A DNA stretch of 63,341 bases, the filler included, from Mitosporidium daphniae (taxonomy: Eukaryota): the NCBI RefSeq assembly GCF_000760515.2. It is 15 parts of 15 records of this genome, joined end to end, with 100 filler letters (N's around TTAATTAATTAA, not from the genome) between each part and the next. Parts side by side here need not be neighbours in the genome. Positions count along the whole stretch, not along the records: positions 51,915 to 55,700 come from NW_013546594.1; positions 55,801 to 59,522 come from NW_013546593.1; positions 59,623 to 63,341 come from NW_013546592.1; 12 more parts are not named here. The stretch is one strand, 5' to 3'. Position numbers and translations under genes: made by a program. The notes beneath the pieces were generated by a model that was given only the letters and a program-made list of their open reading frames with translations, made no database searches and was not told where the DNA came from. The first letter of the stretch is position 1; every line of letters starts with the position of its first letter. This document shows positions 55,001 through 63,341 of the stretch, piece by piece.

Positions 55001-55186
55001 TCTTTGCATAAACCCCGGTAGTCTTGTGTTGTTTTTTCGCTTTTTATCGATCAAGGGATTCTTCTCTTTCATATTTTCAAAATTCGTTAATTCGAAACCT
55101 TTTTCATCGGAGTCTATAGTTTGTAGTGAAGGGAGAGCAAAAAAGACAACCAGAATTACGAGAAATAGAATCTTTTGAATGTTCAT
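52016..55186 (-). CDS. Orphan 1056-aa protein: signal peptide, K/E/Q-rich coiled coil, C-terminal multi-pass membrane region
   Basis: Hydrophobic N-terminus, EAAKI and PEPPKTSKT repeats, heptad-rich middle, and several hydrophobic segments in the last ~300 aa. No introns. Confidence 0.85.
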   Translation of the reverse strand: MNIQKILFLVILVVFFALPSLQTIDSDEKGFELTNFENMKEKNPLIDKKRKNNTRLPGFMQRFRNRLKKNEEKKETPEPPKTSKTSKTPEPPKTSKTHEEAEKIKADEEDEEAAKIEAAKIEAAKIEAEKIEAAKIEAEKIEAAKIEAAKIKADEEAKRKEDKEDEEAKKKEAKRKEEEEAAQKLADQVQDQASGAQEMVQKAQTIVQLAKVLHDGEKKQEQLDETDKLFQRVENQANELKELARKLGEEANELKELAQKTGDKKVTVQNLEATVQNLDQKAQTLAADAQKLVLKVANQETKSQNLDQELNDRKSKVKMPRKIRKKKDNKQAINSCKLVKKVQAQLIKACKKAEKRQIIAAAXAKKLAIDAQKVAEKVDHKDSVLQNEEEKDLSLSVQTKYLNADTMKKMKPPTLTLKKLQKDPNFNMYSLLEETSETSETSKAANVEETQEQVKKKKDRKLAKEEAAQAVKTKKPAENSENNQVVQLNNNYQPDQPDEFKKKVMLILKKLLESDDPNIRMFLNQLFDLKNGNPIEGLKYLKDKPSFEDLTNLISEKLDQVSEAQSEADKAFQNYKNLLNRVSYIASKAYEQARRKFLLIFKRSQEKIYIQFEEATKKACDAKKLSEEAQQKLNNLINEIERCIKNIDEDKKDENTIKNLSATLTKLINSDNQEREKKALQLYKTHLDAQSCQNTANKAKENADIAKKNALESPENPDLQQKAKEAEENYYEAQLEAYMRYRYLILEFDQVYLQIIKQITFSIWDESFLMFKTWGLSCIVYFCLFNPFSYSNILIPVINYLSMDFCWLENYISLQKLYQAYAPKIPEKDYHFFRGFLEVFLVSLGPIIMAFKPKNPSAPAPDPNPLAVVLEVNVAAPVAKYTLAEFTCKISRLINFWFSYFGFWYIAKLVAEKRLISHVEKFFGYESIESTTLKPSMFISDFLFSFFTLVFFYECEYLPEIGSFLKDLFGVSKPEKSNLFLEFFTFIYFVFLAVHLMFNIGLRIVFDFMFFRNFFSEAILSMIFFLAYLSSSELYEMISEISFNLINRMFPKQKEE
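54734..54853. repeat. 15-nt coding repeat (EA[A/E]KI), 8 copies
   Basis: TATTTTAGCTGCTTC / TATTTTTTCCGCTTC units in tandem. Confidence 0.92.
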
Positions 55187-55217
55187 TAAGGCGAGAAATT
55201 TTGTGAAAAAGCTGCAT

Positions 55218-55232
55218 GGTTTTTATACCCTG
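55218..55232 (-). promoter_or_regulatory. Candidate TATA-containing core promoter CAGGGTATAAAAACC
   Basis: Lies 31 nt upstream of the ATG at 55186. Matches the element at 35398-35411. Confidence 0.6.
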
Positions 55233-55800
55233 TTTTGCACCGGAAATTTCGCATCCAATCAAAATATTAAATTTAATAATTCTTCAAATAACCAATTAAA
55301 TTCTGAAATTTTAGTTGCTAGGTGGTCTTAATATGCACTTCATTGGCCAAGTAATTGATTTTATTCTGGATCATTCCAAAAATAGAAATTAGACCAATCA
55401 AACACAAGTACATTTGATTTCTGCTAGGACCAGCTAAATCAGAAGTGATGTGTGCATCGATAATTCGCCTATACTACCAGAAAAGCAAGCAACTGACTTA
55501 CCAGCGTTCCTTCCAAACAGCATTCTGAATATTTCCAAGAATTCTTCTACAATATCTTATCAAATGGGTATCATTGCAATTTCAGCTGATGTATTCCGCT
55601 ATTGAGCAAGGGATATTCTCCTCAAATAAGAATCTTATTCGAACAACATTTAAACCTCCTGTTTGATCGCTCGAGTTTTCTTGCAATTCACCAATTTTCT
55701 NNNNNNNNNNNNNNNNNNNNNNNNNNNNNNNNNNNNNNNNNNNNTTAATTAATTAANNNNNNNNNNNNNNNNNNNNNNNNNNNNNNNNNNNNNNNNNNNN

Positions 55801-57560
55801 AAGGACATCTTTATAAGACATTTCCGATCAATCTGGATAAAGTTCTGTTCATCGAAGGGCTCAACGGGTTTTCTGACCAGCAAATCTTATTTTTTGATTT
55901 ACCCTCTGAATCTGCTGATGGTGTCGTTGTTAATGTGAAAACAAGACTCATAAATTCAAGCCCAATTGTAATGTCTGCGGGTACTGCTGGGTTTAAAATG
56001 TATTATAAAGATGTCCTTATCGGCAAAGTGACCCTCCCTAATTTGAACTTGGTTCGTGGAGAAAACGAATGGTTCATTTCAGGGTATCTTTTTGAGTTGG
56101 CCCCAAATGAAATGGAAATAGTAAATGGATTTTTTAATGATTTTATCAAAGGAAAGGATTCTTCTGTTAAAGTGGTCGGGGATTATCTTTACTCGTCCCT
56201 TGACAATCACACAGAGATCTCTTGGCTTCGCAACTGTTTCAATAACTTGGCGATGAGTTTGAAAATGCCTGGCATTAAAGACTACTCACCTATCACCTCG
56301 ATTTCGATTGTCCAAATGTTTATTGATTTTTCTTCTCCAATTTCGGCTGAAAACAATAACTTTGCATTTCCGATTGTAGTTGATGTTGGCGCCAAATATT
56401 CTCTTCCCTTTGGATTTCCGCTTAAAATCACGGAGCTTTCGCAGGAAATCAAACTTTTAGACCCAAAGAGCTTATCTGCTATTGCACTGACCGAATTTCC
56501 TCTATCCCCTGTTTTATGCGATCAGCTTGTTAGGGAGGTCAATGGAAAGATGGTCGGAACCATTAAGGTCCCAAATTCTTCATTAGCTTTGATGAGCTCT
56601 TTTCTTGAGTCAATTATTGCTGGCCCAAGATTTTCTATGTTGCTTGATGGACAAGCAGATTCTGTCATCAAAAGTGGCCTTGGTGTTATGTTGTTAAAAA
56701 ATCTGACTATTTCTCAAAATTTGGAGATGGTAGGAATGAACTCATTATCCAATCCGCCACCGGCAATCAAATCTGTCAAAGTACTGAAGGCAAACCCTGA
56801 AGATGGAATGTTTCAAGAAATTCAATTGGAATTGACCAACCCATCCCCCGTTGGTTCCAATTTGGGCCAAGTTGAGTTTGACTTGTACTACAATAATACC
56901 TTTATAGGGATTTCCGTTGTAAATCCGCTTATACTCTTTCCGGGGGTTAATAACTTCAAGGCGCATTGTCTTTTAACCCTTCCCCCAAATACGCCNCTTT
57001 TGGAGGAGTTTCTTTCTCACTATATGTTGGGCAAAAAAATTGATATTCAAATGAGAGGGTCCGAAACTTCTTCGGCATTATCTCTTTTATCCAAGCCATT
57101 TTCGAACTTGGTTATATCGACAAAGATTGATGGAATTAATATTCCTCTCGTGGAATACATCAAGATTTCCAGATCTCTTACTGGAAATCTGTTTGTCAAA
57201 TTTAGAATGGTAAATCCGATGGACGTGCCTGTAACTATTACAGGCTTCTTAGACTTTTCTGTTTATTTTGGAGAAGCAAGCAATTCTTTCGATCCTGCTG
57301 CCAGAATCAATTCCTTCAATGTGCCCGTTTTAGAAAATCCAATCGTGGTCCCTCCAAGATCATCGCTAATGCTTAGTCACTGGATCCCTCTCGATCAAAA
57401 GGCCTCTTTCGCTTTGGAGGCGCAACTTTTTATGGAGATTGCAAATCAATTATATTTTTTAACCACTAGCAAGGGTTATATAATGTTGCTGTTGGACGAA
57501 TTCCCGGTCAAGCTTTATTATGAGCAGAAGCACATCAAAGTATACTTTGGGATCTTATAA
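55801..57560 (+). CDS. DUF3712 (LEA-like beta-sandwich repeat) protein, 5'-truncated
   Basis: Repeated N[PS]SP...G...F..YY....IG...L.L..G.N modules, YSLPFGFPLKI and GMNSL. Confidence 0.75.
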
Positions 57561-57665
57561 TAATATTTGCTAATTAAACTTTTCTCATCGATAACAAGCT
57601 AATTCAACTCGTCTTAAGGTGGTTTTAAGGTGGTAGCGAAGGATGGCTTGATCAACCTTAACCGA

Positions 57666-58769
57666 TCATTGATCTTTCGAAATTTGGAATGGCAAAGACA
57701 GCAATCTTGACAGCAATATGGAGACTACCCTTACATTAAGGGAATTTCCTAGAAGGCGGTATTTTTGGATCAAAGTAATATGGTCAGGAAATTTAAGGCG
57801 ATTCCTTTGCGACGATGTGCCTTCAATTGTGGGGAACGCATGTAATGAAGCAATTTCTTCAGCACTGAAATACCTTACACCCATCTTTAGAAGGAGCTTG
57901 ACATCTGTGGTATCTATTTCTGGCGTTTCGGGCTCTTGCAAAAGAACCAAAGATCCTGTTCCTCGTATCCTGTTACTTCCATACCCCTTTGTGAATGTGG
58001 AACATGCTGGAGGTCCAGAAATTTCAGACCTATGTCCAAAAGGAACCCCGTTAGCAGAAATTACATCGAACCTAAATCCGCTTTCTCTTTCCATTAGCCG
58101 AGATGGAACAATTAGGTTTTCAGAGCAAGTTTTTTCAATGTAATCTGAAAGATGTTTTCCATCTGAAAATTGGCCTGTAGTGTATCCAACACTTTTTAAT
58201 GACTCTATAACGGTTGGGGGCAAAGATGCAGATGATGCTCTTTTAGCAAGCAAATAATATCGTCGCCTGGAGTTGGGGATTGCAATGGCTGCATCCGTTG
58301 GGGCAAGTAAAAATTCCTCAATCGAATATTTTTTCATCACTAAAGCCTCGACAAGTAGCGACCGAGTTGCGGAATTTTCAAATCTTGGCACATTTTCCAA
58401 AAACAGATAAGCGGGTGGTGTTTTCATCTCCTTCAATACAGCTATCAAATGCAAAATCGCAGAAGCACGACTATCTTTTTCATCCAATTGAGAACCTCCC
58501 AACGTATATGGTTGACATGGTGGGGATAAAAGCCAAATGTAACCGTTCAATGACTCGATCTCTGCCATCGATAGGGCTTCGATGCTTTTGGTTCGAGGAA
58601 GTTCGCCATTGAATGAACATGTGTAGACGGAATTAGCAACCTCGTTAATATCGAATGAAATAAACTTCCACGGCTTCGATTGAGACTCCATTAAGAGCGC
58701 TTCAAGGGCGAAACGCATGCCTCCGATTCCGCTGAACCATTCAATTATAATTTTATCGTCAAGAGACAT
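57666..58769 (-). CDS. DNMT2: Dnmt2/TRDMT1 tRNA (cytosine-C5) methyltransferase
   Basis: EWFSGIGG, DINEVAN, LSPPCQPYT, LENV, IPNSRRRYY, FTKGYG, RYFSAEEI and YRLLGNSLNV. Confidence 0.93.
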   Translation of the reverse strand: MSLDDKIIIEWFSGIGGMRFALEALLMESQSKPWKFISFDINEVANSVYTCSFNGELPRTKSIEALSMAEIESLNGYIWLLSPPCQPYTLGGSQLDEKDSRASAILHLIAVLKEMKTPPAYLFLENVPRFENSATRSLLVEALVMKKYSIEEFLLAPTDAAIAIPNSRRRYYLLAKRASSASLPPTVIESLKSVGYTTGQFSDGKHLSDYIEKTCSENLIVPSRLMERESGFRFDVISANGVPFGHRSEISGPPACSTFTKGYGSNRIRGTGSLVLLQEPETPEIDTTDVKLLLKMGVRYFSAEEIASLHAFPTIEGTSSQRNRLKFPDHITLIQKYRLLGNSLNVRVVSILLSRLLSLPFQISKDQ

Positions 58770-59622
58770 GAAAATTAATTTTTTTCTTTTTAATTTGTAC
58801 AATTACAAGGGAGCCCCCGACGCGCAGATAAGAAAAGGCACAAACGCAGGCAATCGGCTCAATTTCTGCAAAAATAATATCGAAGCTAAGCGAGATGACG
58901 TGAAACCATAAAAATGCCCATAAACCAGTCCAAAAAGGAAATAATTGCGCTAGAATCATCCTTTCAATGCCATTATTTTGCAAGAGAAACAGAAGGATCG
59001 CTTACATGTGGCAAAATTTTGCGTACAATCCGTAACTACATTTAAACAATATGGACTTACAAATGGGTTCGAGCAGCTCTTCCGTGCTAGCCAATTCACT
59101 TTGGGCTGGACTTGAATTTGCATCATAAAAAAATCGAATGAATGCCTTTGATGGCTGGGGAGGCTTACCCTCCACATACTCGGTGTACAGGTCGTCAATG
59201 AGCTCGTAATATTTTGAATCGTTTTGCGATTGTAGGGCGTAAATAAACTCAATTGGAAGATATTCTGCATAGATTTACATGCAATCAAGTAAATTACCTT
59301 TTTCAATCACGACAAACTCCAGCTTTTCCAACAATTTTTGGCGATGATCAGGCTCAACTTGCTTTAAAATCGTCCTGAACGAGCGAGACTTTGCCGAATA
59401 GCACTTTTTTGCAGAAGTGCGTTCTTTTTTAGCCTGGATGCTTCCTATCAAATTGGACGGCGCATCGGGCAGGGATAATAGGAATCCAGAGGAGTGGATT
59501 ACTTTTAAGGTTGAAATAGGTANNNNNNNNNNNNNNNNNNNNNNNNNNNNNNNNNNNNNNNNNNNNTTAATTAATTAANNNNNNNNNNNNNNNNNNNNNN
59601 NNNNNNNNNNNNNNNNNNNNNN

Positions 59623-59668
59623 AATTAGAATTAGAATTAGAATTAGAATTAGAATTAAAATTAGAATT
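59623..59668. repeat. (AATTAG)n hexamer microsatellite at the contig edge
   Basis: About 7 units, one imperfect. Confidence 0.85.
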
Positions 59669-59685
59669 TTGGTGTCCAAATCTCG

Positions 59686-61385
59686 TTGATGCATCTATTT
59701 CAGGAGCTCCATGGTCGTTGCATTGATGCTGCCTGCAATTCATTGAAGCCGTTCATGTCTATTTCATCCGCAGAGAGGTTAAATTTATGCTTAAAAGAGT
59801 CTCTCTTATTTGCAGAGAGGGAGCATCAACTATCTGGAGCTTTGATCTCCTCCCTTAAAAATTGCATTGTTGCCTTTTTCAAGGAAATTTTTTTTTCTAC
59901 TTCTTCCATTGCTGGCAATTCCATTTTAAAGGATCAGGTCGAGCCATTTATTAATCAATATATTAACCCTTGGCTTGATATTGTAGGCCATTACTATTTA
60001 ACCGGAGCTTGGAATCTCGCCTATTACAGCGTGCTGCTTTACCTTTTAGACTATAGGTATTGATATTACCATGCCTAATTCCAAGATTGTCAAACCTTTC
60101 TCAATTGGTAGCTGAATTTCCTTCCTCTCGTCCTGCTATGCAAGACATTAGTTTCTGCTTGCAACTGCTGCGATCCCTCGAGCTAAATGATAGCGAGGTC
60201 ATACACACAAAGCTAATAAAGGCTCGAGTCGAAAAGCTAGTTTCTCCAACATTTTATTTTCATTTTATTCTGAATAATAAAAGAAGCGACTTTGAACTTC
60301 TGTGGCACCTGCTTTGTGCATTTAATTTATTATCAAGCGTCGAATTGCCGTTTGAACAGCTCCTCTCTGCATTTTCTCTCGTTTTTCCCGTATTGAGAAG
60401 GTAACTTTTAGCATTGCTTTTCAACAGGGAAAAGAGAATCGTCCGAAAAGTCGCTCTATTTCTTCTGCAGGTTCCCCTCCACCTATTGCTTAACATTGAA
60501 ATTAGCGAATCATCATCTGATAGTGCTATTGGAAATTTAAACAAGTATTTGCAAGATACCTCACATTTAAGATACACATTTCCTTTTGTTCTCGTTGAGG
60601 AGTGCTGCTGTTCGAAACTTTTATTTGCCGAAGAATTCCAACACGCTGTTGCTAGTAAACTTTTGCTTTCAGCATCTCTGCTTCATCAACAACGAGATGA
60701 GAAAACAACCATCGACAGCCTTTTGAATCGACTTTCCATATTAAAGTCAATATTGTTGAATGGAAAGCAGGAAAACGTTCCGCCAACTACTCCCTCTTCT
60801 GCTTTTGTATTTCTGTTTTTTTCGTGTGAAATCATGATATCTGACCTATATGTTAAGTTTTATTCGATAGAAAAATCTTTTCAGTTTAAGCCAAACTGCC
60901 AAAGCATTTCAATAGGCCCCATGGAGATATCTATATATAGCCTTAATGCCTCCTCTTGGCAGGAAATTCCTCGTCCTCTTTCAGGAACTTCTATATTAAA
61001 ATTTACATCCGCCCAAGTGCAAAGAAACGCCTTCAAAATGCATCCTTTAATTTGTTTTGTCTTGAGGACTTTTCCTGATATTTTTGAGCAGAAAATCAAC
61101 CTGNGAATGTACCTCGAATGGTCTTTACTCATCGGCACCATCGACTTATGCGTTTTGGATCAAGTTTTTTTCGAGATACCTTTGCTTTCTGCAATCGTAT
61201 TTTTGATCGCGAATCAAGAAAACTTGGTAACTGTCAATGATAGCAATACGATCTCTTTTAGTAGGATTGACATCTTTGGGTTTCTTGCACCGAAATATTT
61301 CATTGATATGGGCCCTACCGATTTGGAAGAAATAACTAACTGTATTGCATATTGGAACCATGTATCTCAAACCAACTTATCTTAA
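59686..61385 (+). CDS. APC2: Anaphase-promoting complex subunit 2 (cullin-like), divergent, multi-intron, start uncertain
   Basis: LVAEFPSSRPAMQDISFCL, FAEEFQHAVASKLL, ILK...CEIMISDL and LEWSLLIGTIDL resemble Apc2 motifs in the expected order. Confidence 0.78.
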
Positions 61386-62178
61386 AAACACTGTAAATTT
61401 ATCGGTGAATTAATAGACCTATTTTCATTTGAGACATGTTCGTATAGGTTTTGATTAACCTTAACCCCAAATTTAAATACGAAGCTAAATGAACGGAATT
61501 TCAATCCATAAAAATATCTTTGAAGGAGGCTGAAATGCGCTTGAGGTGAACATCAAATATAGATGCAGCAATAATGGAAATTTCGATTATCATCTATGGG
61601 TGTTTATTTGGCTAACAAAGACCGCGCGCGAAAGCCATGCAAACTTTTTATTGAAACATTAAAAGATACATTCTATGAATAAAATATGATTGAGACACAC
61701 TATGTAGCCAAAGCATGTTCTAAATTTAGCTTTTTCAAATTGGAATATGGCTATATGGAAGAATATGCGAATTTTAAGAGCTTGAAGTTTTTGGGGCGAA
61801 GAAGATCAGTCCATGCGTGCAAAAAAAACAGAATTATTTACAAAAGTGGGTAAATATATCTTCATCGAAAAATGACGAGGCGCTTTGAAAATTGATAGAA
61901 GCTTACGTACGGAATCGTTTGCAGTAGGCAGCTTTAGTTGGAATGCTATCAAATTTTATTTTGCATTTCATATTCGAACCTAACCCTAAGTGTGAAAGAT
62001 ATACTGAAATGGCTCAAAGAACGGGATGCCAGATTTTTCAGTACGACCAAGCAGGAAATTTTCCATGTTCGGTTGGCATAAACCAAAGCCCGCTTTACGA
62101 TGCTTGTAGGGGCAATTTATATAAAGAATGCTGCTAAAATAAGGCGAAATAGCTCTTTTCTCAAGATGAAAGGACTAA

Positions 62179-62714
62179 TTAAAAACTAATCATAGAAAGG
62201 TGAATGTAAATCCCAATGCAATCGACAATCTTTAAGATGTAGCTAGTGAAAAAATAATGACTTTTATAGAAAAGCATCTCGAATTGCTTATGTATGAAGG
62301 CGACTTCAAATACAACTTCGAGGGTTTTCTCGACAATTGACGTGGGATCAAACGGTAGATGGACTCCACCGTTTTGGTATTTTTCTGCATAGAACCGCAC
62401 GTATATGTATTGCAGCAGACGATATAATCTCATATAGAAATCATAGGAGATAGTCTAGCTTCTGATGCAGCCTTGCGAATTACTTCGCAAATGCACCGTT
62501 TTACAAAGGTGTGAACTTTGGTCGTATTATGCGTGATCATAACCAGGTTATTAACCACGATAAAGGCAAGTTTCCTTTCGGAGTGTTCTGGGAAATCTAT
62601 GAATTCCCCGTTGTACTCGCAGACTGGAACAAGGTCGTCCAGGGACTCGGATTTCTTTTCATGGAAAAGCTCCAATGCTTCGTTCCAATCCTTTTCAGAT
62701 TTGGTCACTGTCAT
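62179..62714 (-). pseudogene. Two abutting out-of-frame ORFs, possibly one disrupted gene
   Basis: 94-aa and 84-aa ORFs overlap by 4 nt (ATGA) on the same strand. Protein-like composition, no family recognised. Confidence 0.3.
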
Positions 62715-63341
62715 ATTTGAAGTGCCAGAAAATTATATTCTGAAACTTTAATGGCAACATGAATCAATGTCAAATCCAAATTGGGATCGCTACTAGAATA
62801 TAAACACAAATTAGCCTAGGTGGCTGAAATGCAGTATGCCAACAATATCAAAATGCCAAAACACATGCCATCATATCGAGAGTTGCATACTGCTCTCTCT
62901 GAAGAATAATCTTGTAGCACTTTTGAGTTGGATAACGAAATCCCATATTTTATTATACGTGCAAAAATAATATTGTGTCAGATCTGCATTTTTTAATCTT
63001 TCAAATCAAAATCACAAGTGTACAAAACCAATGCAATTTCATTGGATAAAGAAACTTTGGATGCTGATTCACATGTCACCTTGCCCTTTTGCCTATTTCT
63101 CGTAATGGATATGGCAAGAAGGGATATGTTTTTCCAAAAAAGATGTTTCTTTGTTGAAATTTAAAGCTCGTTCGAAATACCCGAGGAAGTTGCATCAAAA
63201 ACACACAATTAGAAAGGGCTTAAATGTATTTTTAGTAAAGGCTATAAGATACAATGATAACTGCGTTTATTTTTTAGGGGTACTATTTATCCTATTGTTA
63301 AATTTAGAATATAAACAAATGACTTATTATCATCGGTTGAT

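Noticed and set aside
54433..55178. Plus-strand Phe/Ser/Leu-rich ORFs
   Set aside because: They are antisense artefacts of the Lys/Glu-rich repetitive minus-strand gene.
57666..58769. Bacterial restriction-modification C5 methyltransferase
   Set aside because: It carries Dnmt2-specific features (DINEVAN, FTKGY, RYFS..EI, YRLLGNSLNV) and there is no adjacent endonuclease.
59623..59668. (TTAGAA)n as a telomeric repeat
   Set aside because: It is short and imperfect and runs directly into APC2 coding sequence. An intronic or intergenic microsatellite that broke the assembly fits better.

Overview
Eukaryotic nuclear DNA from a very compact fungus-related genome. It most resembles an early-diverging, mitochondrion-retaining microsporidian or Rozellomycota (Mitosporidium-like); this taxonomy is an inference. 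The window is not one locus. It consists of 15 short contigs (about 4.6 to 3.7 kb, in strictly decreasing length order) joined by an artificial 100-nt linker (N44-TTAATTAATTAA-N44), so adjacency across linkers means nothing. Genes are packed tens of bases apart and interrupted by tiny 22-33 nt GT-AG introns, which fragment the ORF track. Recognisable genes: RRP4, RAD6, RIM2, CAC2, SCC3/STAG, an ADCK2-type kinase, an ING PHD protein, ARP5, DAD2, an SLC35A transporter, PNP (split over two contigs), a UBR ligase, ATP4, XPB/SSL2, PMT, a sugar porter, a DUF3638/3645-type protein, epsilon-COP, BAP31, two tandem ALG2-like genes, APN1, POL31, tRNA-Val(AAC), EGD2, DNA2, cytochrome c, RPA43, TBP, a DUF3712 protein, DNMT2 and APC2. 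The most interesting leads are three: (1) a probable NELF-B/COBRA1 homologue; (2) two intronless orphan secreted or surface proteins on different contigs that share a CAGGGTATAAAA(A)CC element about 30 nt upstream of the ATG; (3) a divergent tandem ALG2 pair. All family assignments are from motif recognition by eye; no searches were run.
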